Part shown: positions 47,110-59,300 of the stretch, piece after piece
How positions within the stretch are numbered: position 1 is the stretch's first letter
Layout: each line of letters begins with the position of its first letter
Origin: Anthoceros angustus
Lineage: Eukaryota > Plantae > Anthocerotophyta
Direction: 5' to 3'
DNA: 64,000 nt
NCBI GenBank assembly: GCA_010909165.1
Contig: MU008157.1
Location: 558,001 to 622,000 of the forward strand
Notes under the pieces: generated by a model
What the model saw: the letters and a program-made list of their open reading frames with translations, nothing else
Database searches by the model: none
Told to the model about the DNA's origin: nothing
Program-made: the position numbers and the translations under genes

Positions 47110-50100
47110 GCATGATACTTCTTCACCCGCCACCCGCTCACCCGAGTGGGCAGCGGCTCTCCATCTAGGCGCCGTAGAGGACCCGTTGTCATATACTTGC
47201 ACCACTTAGTGCGGACCCATCCATCTCGGTGAAGTTTGCACGGAAAATGCATGTAACGACTATCATAAAGGAGGGCCAGTCCCTTCCTTTACATACTCAT
47301 TCCCCGCGTGGCGATCGTGCCAAATCTTTGTTGGTTTTGCTGCATCTTGGTGAGCTTCTTGTCCTCGTGTCTTTGAACAAACCCCAAGAGTCGCTCGTGG
47401 CTTTCCTCTCTGTCTCCTTCCATCATTACTCGAAAAGTGGGCACTTCAAACTCCACGGCATTACGGAGAGTGTCCGTAGGTCAAGTAAGTCCGTTGTGTG
47501 GTCACCTTCTCTGTCGGGCATACGGTCACGGATGGCGGCTTGGTATCCGATCATGGGCGTAGTTCATCGTGAGTTTATTGAATCCTGCGGATGAGCCCAT
47601 TTGTCTTCTCTGTCGACCCATTGGCCTTAGGATTGTAGGGTGCCGTCTTGCGATGATTGATGCGAAATACTCCGTCATGGCGGCCACCACATCATTAAGG
47701 AAATGGGTTCCCCTATCACTTACCAAGCTGCGGACATCCGCCGGGTTATGATGTTCTCGTCACAGAATTTTTATTTGCGAGTCCGTTCTTGTCGCCACCG
47801 CCTCTACCCACACAGTGCGATGGTCCGTTGCCACCGGGATGTATCTCCTTTGTGTGTGTCTTGTCGAGGTCAGATAGGTCCAACAAAGTCAATACCCCAC
47901 TTTTGAAAGGTGCGGTGCCAATATCGGTACTAGCGGCCCTTTGTTCGGGGTTGGCTTTCCGATCCACGACAAGCATCACACTTCTTCCTAAGCGGTGGGT
48001 GTCCCCATACATTGTTGGCCACCGGTATCCGCTTCAAAATCTTTTGGTGGTGACTGCGTAGTGTCCTCCCCAATCCTTCGTGCATTCCCTTGCTCCTGTC
48101 TCGGTTGCAAGTACCTTCGTTCTACTCCGTCCGCCCTAATTTGAACACACACCGTTGTACATTACGAAGGGTCGAGCATAGTGCACGAATGCCTCCCTCA
48201 TCCGAGTCAGTTTTGAAGCTCCATTCCCAGTGCGCTATTTCTTCGTGGGTCGGACGCGGCGGACCCTCCCTTCTCCGCTCGCTAAGGCCGCTCGTAGCTT
48301 GGGGTTCGGTCTGGGCTCCTCCGGTTGTACTTTCTGCGGCAACCAATGTCTCATCCAGGCATCTTCACGATCTCTCAACACCTGTTTTCAATCGTGGAAA
48401 TCGCATTTTGGTGCCTCCCTTGTCTTGTTTCCACTTGACGTGAACTCCTGCGGCAACAATATCCACCTTGCTATCCGTCCGGACAGTCCGCCTTATTCAC
48501 CGGATGCTTGAGCAAAGTGGTCTACATAGAACACAAACTCAGGTAGGTAGTGTCGAATTTCTTGACAAGATATACCATACCCGGTGCTTGGCGCTCTGTA
48601 GTTGTGTATTTTCGTTCAGCGTGGGTGGTCGTCCGGTAGTATACGGATAATCCGCCGCTTGTCGTCCTCCGCTCAAGACTACTCCGATAGCAAAAGCGGA
48701 CACGTCTACATACACATGAAATTTCTTGCTCGATCCGGTCCTCTTAGGCCGTGCTTACCAAGGTGTTCAGAATCCCGAAGGCCTCCTCTCGCTCCGTGAC
48801 GGTCCAAACCTCCTCCTTCATGATGGTTACAACTTAGCCCTCTTCGCAAAGTCCTTAATAAACGGCGGTAGTATCCCACCATTCCTGTGAAACCTCTCGG
48901 CTCCTTTAGGTTCGTCGGTGAGAGGCGGATGACCGGACCTTGTCTGGTCCACCTCGATTCCCCGCACCGACACCCGATGTCCCAAAGAAGATTCCCTCCG
49001 TCATTCCAAAGTAGCATTTCTCGGTGTAGGCTCAATTGAGTCTCCGGCTCAAGCACCTTCTTAGATGCCCAAGGTGTTTGTCCCGCTCCCCATGCACACA
49101 AAATCATCCAGAATATCTCCATGAAGTCCCTCGAAGTCACGGAAGGCGTTGGTCACCATACGCATGAACGACCTGGCGCTCGGTCATCCCAAAGGCACTT
49201 CTCTTGTAGGCAAGCGTACCCCACTCCGTAGTGAAGGTCGTCTTGTCGGTCAAACTCCCTTAGGTGCAATTGGTTGTATCCGGAGTAGCCATCCGGAAGG
49301 AGTAAGTAGTCCGTCCACCTTGTCCAAAATATGTCTCTGAATGGCATCGGAAGTGGTCCTTCTCCGTGCGTTGAGCTTCCTCAATCTTGGCATACCGAAT
49401 TTGTCTGGCTGTTTCTTGGGAACCACCACGTAGCGACCCACTCTGCTGACGATGGGGAAAATGATGTCTGCCTCCGGTACTTATCAAGGACCTCCTTCAC
49501 CTTGATCGAATACTTGGGGTTGAGCTTGTATTGTCGGTTGATTTGCGCTCACGGCTTCAAATCGATCTTATGCTCTCCCACTTCTTGAATGCCCTTCATG
49601 TCCGTGACCTTGAAGGCGAACACCTCATAAAACTCCCCGGTGCTTTAGTCCTTCCTTGGTCCGAGGCATGCCTTTCTTAAACTTCGTGAATTTGCTGGCG
49701 GACCTCCACTTCTTCCACGTCGTCCGGGTTCACTGCCTCCTGCTCGCGCCGCCCAAACCCCTCGTCCTCCTCTCGGGATCGTCCTCTCGCATCCCCATTC
49801 TCTCAAGAGCTCGTCGGAGGTGAATCGTGTTACTCCTTCGATGTCCGCTTTTCCTTGGTCCGACTCTTGTCTCCCTTGTCTTGTCACCTCCTCTTCACTT
49901 CCTCCGGCCCGTTGTGGCGTTTACTCAAAACAATCAACCACTTCCGCCAAAGGCATCCGATGTCCCAAAGAAGATTCCCTCCGTCATTCCAAAGTAGCAT
50001 TTCTCGGTGTAGGCTCAATTGAGTCTCCGGCTCAAGCACCTTCTTAGATGCCCAAGGTGTTTGTCCCGCCCCCATGCACACAAAATCATCCAGAATATCT

Positions 50101-53100
50101 CCATGAAGTCCCTCGTGAAGTCACTAAGACGTTGGTCACCATACGCATGAACGACCACAGGCGCCGGTCATCCCAAAGGCACTTCTCTTGTAGGCAAACG
50201 TACCCCACTCCGTAGTGAAGGTCGCCTTGTCCCCATCCGACTTAGGTGCAATTGGTTGTATCCGGAGTAGCCATCCGGAAGGAGTAAGTAGTCCGTCCAC
50301 CTTGTCCAAAATGTCTCACGAATGGCATCGGAAGTGGTCCTTCTCCGTGCGTTGAGCTTCCTCAATCTTGGCATACCCGAATTTGTCTGGCTGCTTTCTT
50401 GGGAACCACCACACCGCGACCCACCGTTGACGATGGGGAAAATGATGTCCGCCTCCGTACTTATCAAGGACCTCCTTCACCTTGATCGAATACTTGGGGT
50501 TGAGCTTGTATTGTCGGATTGACCGCACCGCCTCGGCTTCAAATCGATCTTATGCTCTCCCACTTCTTGAATGCCCTTCATGTCCGTGACCTTGAAGGCG
50601 AACACCGCAAAACTCCCCCAAATGAGTCCTTCCTTCAGTCCGGAGGCATGCCTTTCTTAAACTTGTGAATTTGCTGGCCGGACCTCCACTTCTTCCACGC
50701 CGTCCGGGTTCACTGCCTCCGCTCGTCTTGCCCAAACCCCTCGTCCTCCTCTCGGGATCGTCCTCTCGCATCCCCATTCTCAAGAGCTCGTCGGAGGTGA
50801 ATCGTGTTACTCCTTCGATGTCCGCTTTTCCTTGGTCCGACTCTTCACTGCCTCCCAGGCCGGTCCGACCTCCTCTTCACTTCCTTCCTCCACCCCGTTG
50901 TGGCGTTTACTCAAAACAATCAACCACTTCCGCCAAAGGCATCCCGGTAGTCCATCTCCTCCTCGGACCGGCGGATCTTGGCGAAAGTCGCCTCCTCGGA
51001 ACTATCTTGTTCGTCGCTGGAGTCCTCCACGAGGTATACCCTTCGGTAGTGCTCACGGTTTCCCACAATAGGTGTCCTTGCTCCGGTGATAGCAACCTCC
51101 CTTCTCGCACCTTAGGGTCCCACCACCGGCTTGAAGTGAATCTCCTTCCTTCCAAAGTGTAGCTTTATGCAGGCCAACCCACCATGGCAGCAACAATATC
51201 CACCTTGCTATCCGTCCGACAGTCCGCCTTATTCACCGATGCTTCAAGAAAGTGGTCTACATAGAACACAAACTCACTGGTAGTAGGTGGAATTTCTTGA
51301 CAAGATATACCATACCCTGCTTCAAGGCCTGTAGTTGTGTATTGCCCGTGGTGAGCTGTCGTCGTAGTATACGGATAATCCCGCTTGTCGTCCTCCGCTC
51401 AAGACTACTCCGATAGCAAAAGCGGACACTCTACATACACATGAAATTTCTCTCCCGTCCTCTTAGAACCGTGCGCTTACCAAGGTGTTCAGAATCCCGA
51501 AGGCCTCCTCTCGCCTCGTGACTGTGTCCAAACCTCCTCCTTCCGCAGAGTTCTGCCAACTTAGCCCTCTTCGCAAAGTCCTTAATAAACCGCGTAGTAT
51601 CCCACCATTCCTGTGAAACCTCTCGCCTCCTTTAGGTCTGCTGGCCGGAGAGATCGGATGACCGGACCTTGTCCCGTCCACCTCGATTCCCCGCCGACAC
51701 CCGATGTCCCAAAGAAGATTCCCTCCGTCATTCCAAAGTAGCATTTCTCGGTGTAGGCTCAATTGAGTCTCCTCAGCCCAAGCACCTTCTTAGATGCCCA
51801 AGGTGTTTGTCCCGCCCCCATGCACACAAAATCATCCAGAATATCTCCATGAAGTCCCTCGAAGTCACTAAGACGTTGGTCACCATACGCATGAACGACC
51901 GCGGCCATCCCAAAGGCACTTCTCTTGTAGGCAAACGCATCACTCAGAGTGAAGGTCGCCTCGTCCCACCGACTTAGGTGCAATTGGTTGTATCCGAGTA
52001 GCCATCCAGAAGGAGTAGTCCGTCCCACCACCTTGTCCAAAATGTCGCTCACGAATGGCATCGGAAGTGGTCCTTCTCCGCTGTTGAGCTTCCTCCAATC
52101 TTGGCATACCCGAATTTGTCTGGCTGCTTGGGAACCACCACAATCGGCGACCCACTCTGACGATGGGGAAAATGATGTCTCCGTACTTATCAAGGACCTC
52201 CTTCACCTTGATCGGAGCTTGTATTGTCGGATTGACCGCACCGCCTCGGCTTCAAATCGATCTTATGCTCTCCCACTTCTTCTAATGCCCTTCATGTCCG
52301 TGACCTTGAAGGCGAACACCGCAAAACTCCCCAGTGCTTTAGTCCTTCCTTCAGTCCGGAGGCATGCCTTTCTTAAACTTCGTGAATTTGCTGGCCGGAC
52401 CTCCACTTCTTCCACGCCGTCCGGGTTCACTGCCTCCTGCTCGCGCCTGCCCAAACCCCTCGTCCTCCTCTCGGGATCGTCCTCTCGCATCCCCATTCTC
52501 AAGAGCTCGTCGGAGGTGAATCGTGTTACTCCTTCGATGTCCGCTTGGTCCGACTCTTCACTGCCTCCCTCAGCCGGTCCGACCTCCTCTTCACTTCCTT
52601 CCTCCACCCCGTTGTGACTCAAAACAATCAACCACTTCCGCCAAAGGCATCCCGCCTAGTCCATCTCCTCCTGACCGGATCTTGGCGAAAGGGTACGCCT
52701 CCTGAACTATCTTGTTCGTCGCTGGAGTCCTCCACGAGGTATACCCTTCTAGTGCTCAGCTTCCCACAATAGGTGTCCTTGCTCCGGTGATAGCAACCTC
52801 CCTTCTCGCACCTTAGGGTCCCACCACCGGCTTGAAGTGAATCTCCTTCCTTCCAAAGTGTAGCTTGTCGGCCAACCCACCATGGCAGCAACACCTCATA
52901 CCCTAATGGTCCGGCGGTTTGATCACAACAAAATCCGGTTTGTAGGGTGCGCGCTATGGTGGCCAAGACTCGGTTAACTCCCCGCGGATCTCTTCTTGAC
53001 ATATACGCCATTCTCGAGTCTTCGTTGAGGTTGAAGGATGTGAAGCCCAATTTTCGTGCCGTGGCTTGATGATGAGGTTGACTCGGACCCGTGTCCAGCA

Positions 53101-54250
53101 GTACATCCTTGATGATACATCCAATCTCCACTTGTACCAGCGCCCCAGGTCGTATGGGACACCACCCTCACTTCCACTGCTACCCTTCACGGCTTTGGTG
53201 CTCATGGGTGGGTTTCCCTGACGGACCTCTTGTCGGTATTTGGGTTATCCCTCGGCGGTCGAAAGGACACAAGGTCTGCGATTCATCATCGGTCCGCCAC
53301 ATTAAAGGGGAGGCTTCTACCCCAATCGAGGATCCTGCTGCGTCCTCATCCTCTCCCGGTCACTGTTACGGTATTCTCCGGATGCTTGCGCATTTCCTCC
53401 TGCAACATCTCGGTCACCTCCGGACTCGTCCAAAAGCTAACGTCGTCGCGGAGGCCGTTCCTTCTCCACATCGGAGAACTTCCTTCGGTAATCCCTCCGT
53501 GATGCCAGCCCTCCTTCATCGGTCGGATCCTCTTGGTATTTCCGTTTGATTGCCTTCCTCGGCGTCGTGGCCTTCCTCGATCTTGTTCTTCTTCAATCGG
53601 CGCCTTTCGTCGCTCCTTCCTTGACTCTGGTAGACACCTCAAGATTTCCACGCCCGACTCCCTTCCTTTCGACACCCCACCGTACCTTCTTGTTCTTTCC
53701 ATCTCGCACTGGGAATCTCTTCCCACTCCGCCAATCGAGCATCTTGACTTGCAGTAGTCTTAGGAGGTGGCGTTGGTGGTCGGGGTTCTCCGCTTGGTGT
53801 GGCATATCGTACCGTCCTTGTCGGGGTTGGGACATAGCGTCTTGCTGCCATATGCCCTTGCGATCGCCACCGGCTTGAAGTGAATCTCCTTCCTTCCAAA
53901 GTGTAGCTTTGTCGGCCAACCCACCATGGCCGCCCAAAGAACACCTCATACCCTAATGGTCCGCCGGTTTGATCACAACAAAATCCGGTTTGTAGGGTGC
54001 GGCTATGGTGGCCAAGACTCGGTTAACTCCCCGCGGATCTCTTCTTGACATGTCCGCCATTCTCGAGTCTTCGTTGAGGGTTCAAGGATGTGAAGCCCAA
54101 TTTTCGTGCCGTGGCTTCGTGATGAGGTTGACTGACCCGTGTCCAACGGTACATCCTTGATGATACATCCAAATCTCCACTTGTACCATCGGCGCCTGGT
54201 CCGGGACACCACCTCACTTCCATGCTACCCTTCCCGGCTTTGGTGCCGAG
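47110..54250 (-). pseudogene. Gypsy pol (protease, RT, RNase H, integrase), frameshifted, with RT in about three partial copies
   Basis: VLLDTG (PR), KLNPKYSIKVKEVLDK, DGYSGYNQL and FMEIFLDDF (RT), RGFTGMVGYYRR, WGIDFVGP and VSDRGTHFLN (IN), C-terminal RWMGP...LDGEPL. Confidence 0.9.
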
Positions 54251-56181
54251 GCGGGTTTCCTAACGGCCCGACGGACCTCTTGAGGTATTTCGGGTTATCC
54301 TCGGTGTCGAAGGACACAAGGTGTCTTCATCATCGTCCACATTAAAGGGGCAGGCTTCTACCCCAATCGAGGATCCCGCTGCGGCCTCATCCTCTCCCGG
54401 TCACTTGTTCGGTATTCTCCGGATGCTTGCGCATTTCCTCCGCAACATCTCCACCTCCTGACCACGTCCGGTGGAAATCGGCCGCGGAGGCACCGCTCCT
54501 TCTCCCTCGCCCCTGGGAGAACTTCCTTCGGTAATCCCTCCCAGAGCCCGTCCACTCCTTCATCGGTCGGATCCTCCGCCGGTATTTCCGCTTGATTGTT
54601 TTCCTCGGCCCGTGACGCTTCCTCCGCCTTTGTTCTTCTTCAACCGGCGCCTTTCTCGCCGCTCCTTCCTTCGGCCACGAGTAGACACCTCTCCACGCCC
54701 GACTCCCTTCCTTTCGACACCCCACCGCACCTTCTTGTTCTTTCCATCTCGCACTGGGAATCTCTTCCCACTCCGCCAATCGAGCATCTGCCGCAGTAAG
54801 CCTTAGGAGGTGGCGTTGGTGGTCGGGGTTCTCCGCTTGGTGGCATATCGCACTGCCCCTTGCGGGTTGGGACATAGCATCGCCTCCATATGCCCACCGC
54901 TTGCCGCCAACGCAAAGTCCCCATTACCGCCTCGTTGAGTGCGGACACGCGTTGGAGTAATGGCGATTCCGTTCCAACGGACCACGGCCGTCGGAGGATA
55001 CGAAGGGCTCCCATGCGGTCTTTGCATCGGTGGGGCTCGTTGTATTCGGACCTCCGGTTGGCGGATACATGGTTTTGGGATATCGCGCCCGAGGGGCTTC
55101 TGCACTGATAGGCCTCTTCCCATTGCTCCTCAGCCTCCTCCTCGTATTCGTAGTCCACTTGATGCACCGGCCTTGAGGGGCAGTTGGACTTCGAATGGCC
55201 GTGTTGCTGGCACACGGCACACCAGAGATGCGTTCGCACCGTAGTCGGTGTTTTCCGCCGCTCTCGGTCCTTAACCTGGTTTATCGCGGTCCTCTACTCT
55301 CTTTATCACTTTTCCGGGTCCTCCGCGGACACACTACCTCCTTTGAGGGAGTCGGGTCCGTGGAGCTTCTCGGACGGTCTTGGTGTCACCACCTCCTTCT
55401 TACCCCGCTTCTTTTAGCCGGGCCTTCTTGCTCTTCTTCTTGGGATACTCTTCCTCGCTAGAGACCTCCGTCTCTTCTTGGACATTGCTCCTCCTCCAAG
55501 ACACCTCATTGGTCTTCCTCCTCCTCGAAGACTCTTCCTCCTCGAGTCGAACCCCGTTTCTTCTTCTTCTTCTTGCCTCCTTGAGCGGATTTCTTTATCC
55601 TCGATGTAGCGATTCCTCGTAGTTTTCGGCCGCTCGACCGCCTTGCCCACGTCCTTCTCGGCGGCGGGCGTGCACATGGGTTTGGCTAGACCGCGCGAAC
55701 CACCGTCGCTTGCATCGTGGTATGGGTTGGATGCCGATCCTCGGGGCATAGAACCGCTCGATGTCTGAGCCCGGCTTCTCCTTCTTCCTCGCTTGATTTT
55801 CCAACTTTGATAATACATACCCCTCACGGTCGATCCTCGAAACCGTTCTAAGAAGGCATTTTTCAAAGCTTCAAACGAGGCGGGTGGGGCATTCTCCGGT
55901 GGTCGGTACTTTCTCCGATACCATTGAGCAGCTGTCCCTCGGAGAACCCCTTGGAAAAGCTGGATGAGCTGCGCGTCAGCTCCCTCTCCGTTGAAGTTGG
56001 CTTTGGACATGAAGTCCTCCACAAAGGTCTCCGCATCCCGCTCCTTCTTCCCTCCGAATATGGAGTACGCTTGTTTGGTCGAGGTAGGGGCCATGGCTGC
56101 TGCCATCAGTGGGTTAGGCGTGGCTGTCCTACCTTCTTCCGTTGGCGTCCCTTGTACCCCGTACTCGTCTTGGTCCGCCAA
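54250..56181 (-). pseudogene. Gypsy gag with CCHC zinc knuckle, frameshifted
   Basis: ORF 55414-56181 (FGGKKERDAETFVEDF...LRGTAAQWY...FEALKNAFLERF) and CAVCQQHGHSKSNC near 55200. Confidence 0.85.
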
Positions 56182-56364
56182 TTCGACGTTCTCCCTCCTC
56201 GATCGGCGGTGCTCTCTCGTTGGGTTTGGCGTCTCTCTCTGCTCGGGAGCAGCGAGGTGACCACGTCCGATCCTCCCGACGGTTCACTCTTGACCGTCGC
56301 TCGACCGCCACGCATTCACTTACCTTCTCTTCCTAAGGGCACTGCGCTGCAGACCGATTTCATT

Positions 56365-56376
56365 CCCGGCGCGCCA
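56365..56376 (-). promoter_or_regulatory. Primer-binding site of the gypsy element (TGGCGCGCCGGG), duplicated in degenerate form near 57855-57867
   Basis: Lies 3 nt after the LTR end (CCACA-TTT-TGGCGCGCC). From memory it is complementary to a plant tRNA-Arg 3' end; not verified. Confidence 0.75.
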
Positions 56377-56379
56377 AAA

Positions 56380-59300
56380 TGTGGCGGGACTTTTGATGGC
56401 GGTAGCGCGCACAATCCGTGTCGTTGTAGGAAGAAGTCCGTTCCCAAGGGAATGATAGGCCCGTTCTGCGTTGGTGATTCTACCGTCCTTAGCGCTCGTT
56501 CGGCCTCAACACACACATACTCCTAACTACTCACAACGTTCACCGTACAGGCCCGGTATGGCCAAACGTTTGAGACCCGTTCGCGTCCGTATCGTTCACA
56601 TACATCCTCACGCATCCGGTCCTTTCCTCTCTCCCTCACGCTACACTCTTGGTCTTAGAAAAGCGATTCTGATCGGACCTCCTCCGTCGTTCCGGCCTCT
56701 CCGTCCGGCTCTACACGCCTCCCGAGTTCCTCCGGCTCACGTTCGATCCCGGTGGGCGCGGCTCGGGCGAGCACGATCACCGGTCACCCTTCCTGCACAC
56801 CACAACGCGTTAAGTCGTCACGGGACCTTGATCAATCTCCCGGCTCGTGCACCTTTCGGTGACTCGGGACTCACGTTAGCAAGAAGACTCACAAAGGTCG
56901 CAAGAACGCGCATCAACACCAAGAGAAAGATGCTTTACTAGGCGACCTCGGCCCTCTTATCTGCGCCCAAGGCGGCGTCTTTATTACACCCCTATTACGG
57001 TGATAGCTTTCGGTATACCCTAATCGGCCCTACCATCCTATCCCCTATCTCCTTCGCCTGTGGTGGGAAGGTCCTGGCCCCGCCTCGGAATGGGTGGTCA
57101 ATCCCGTCAGCGGTTGTGGCGCAATCGGATGATCCGTGAGGCGGGCCCTCCTCTCCGAATCTCCGCTACGGCGGGTTCGACAACCGCGTTACCACGTCAT
57201 CCTCCCTCACGGACCTCCTCCGGGTCCGGACCGTGGTCCGGCCTCCTCTCTCCCCTAAGCGTAAGTCGAAGGGGCTCCTCCTTCTTGCCCGCGTCCGGTC
57301 CTCGAGGTCTGCCTCGACTCCACGAACTTGAGTCCTTATTCTGAGTCCCGGCGGTCCGGTCGACCTTGTCTCGGGTCCGGACCTCGGGTCCGGACTTATT
57401 CGAGGTCCGGACTGTGGTCCGGCCTCCCTCAGGGTCCGGACAAAGTCCGGACTCACGCCCACCGGGTTTCCTCCCTCACGGACTCCTCCGTGGCTCTCCC
57501 TCGAAGTCCTCCACAAAGGTCTCGCATCCCGCTCCTTCTTCCCTCCGAATATGGAGTACGCTTGTTTGGTCGAGGTAGGGGCCATGGCCGCCATCGGGTT
57601 AGGCGTGGCCCCTACCTTCTTCCGTTGGCGTCCCTTGTACCCGTACTGCGTCTTGGTCCGACAATTCGACCACGTTCTCCCTCCTCCGATCGACGGTGCT
57701 CTCTTGGGTTTGACGCCTCTCTCCCTCTCGGAGAGCACGCGAGGTGACCACGTCCGATCCTCCCGACGGTTCACTCTTGACCGCCGCTCGACCGCCACGC
57801 ATTCACTTACCTTCTCTTCCTAAGGACGCTTTGCGACCACGCACCGATTTCATTCCCGCAACGCGCCAAAATGTGGCGGACTTTCTGATGGCGCCGCGCA
57901 CAATCCGTGTCGTTGTAGGAAGAAGTCCGTTCCCAAGGGAATGATAGGCTGCACCGCGTTCGGTGATTCTACCGTCCTGCGCTCACCCTCAACACACACA
58001 TACTCCTAACTACTCACAACGTTCACCGTGACAGCCGATGGCCAAACGTTAGGACCCGTCATCGTCAGATCGCTCACATACATCCTCACGCATCCTTTTC
58101 TCTCCCTCACGCTACACTCGCCTTAGAAAAGAGGTTACGCCCGGACCTCCTCCGTCGTTCACCGGGCCTCCGTCCGGCTCTACACGCCCGAGTTCCTCCT
58201 CCGCCGCCTCCTCCGGGTCCGGACCGTGGTCCGGACGAGCACGGTCACCATCACCCTTCCCCGCACACACCACAACGCGTAAGTCCGTCACGGGACCTTG
58301 ATCAATCTCCCGAGTCGCCGTGCTCGGACTCAGACTCACGTTAGCAAGAAGACTCACAAAGGTCGCAAGAACGCGGCATCAACACCAAGAGAAAGATGCT
58401 TTACTAGAGCTCGGCCCTCTTATCTGCGCCCAAGGCGTCTTATTACACCCCTATTCGAAATGATAGCCGCTCGGTATACCCTAATCGGCCACCTACCATC
58501 CTATTTCCCCCCTATCTCCTTCCGACTGTGGAAGGTCCTGGCCCCGCCGGAATGGGTGGTCCAATCCCCGACAGCACCCAATCGGATGATCCGTGAGGCG
58601 GGCCCTCCTCGAATCCCGCCGTTTACTGGCGGTCGACAACCGCCGTTACGACGTCATCCTCCTCGGCCTCGGTCCTCGCCGGGGCCACCACATCTCCCTA
58701 GCGTAAGTCGGCGGGGCTCCTCATCGCTGCCCGGCCCTCGAGGTCTGCCTCGACTCCCGAACTCGTGAGTCCGGCTTATTTCTGGTCCGACCCAGGTCCG
58801 GACCTTGTCTGGGTCCGGACTGTGGTCCGGACGACACGGGTCCGGACAGTGGTCCGGCCTCCTCCGGGTCCGGACAAAGTCCGGACTCACGCCCACCCGG
58901 TTTCCTCCCTCACTCCTCCGTGGCTCTCCTCAAGTCCTCCACTGCTCCCGATCGCGGACTCCTCCGTGGCTCTCCTCAAGTCCTCCACTGCTCCCGATCG
59001 CGGTGACTCCCTGGCCCTCCTTCCATGGTGAGGTGCGGGTGCTTACCTCGCCGCATCCGCCGCCTCCTCGCTCGCTCCTCCTCCGCCTCCTCGCTCCGTC
59101 ATCTCAAACAGGGCCACTAGGGTCCCTGTCTTTGTCCCGTGGCCTTCATCTCCTTCGAGCCTTCCGGTCCGTCCGTTTCTGAGGCGTCGAGAGGCTTCCT
59201 TGGGGCTCGCGTGGTAATAGGCAAAGTAGATCGACTTGTTGAATTGCCTCTTCCACGTGTGCGGGCACCCGATACTCCCTCCGCCATAAGTGTTGATGGG

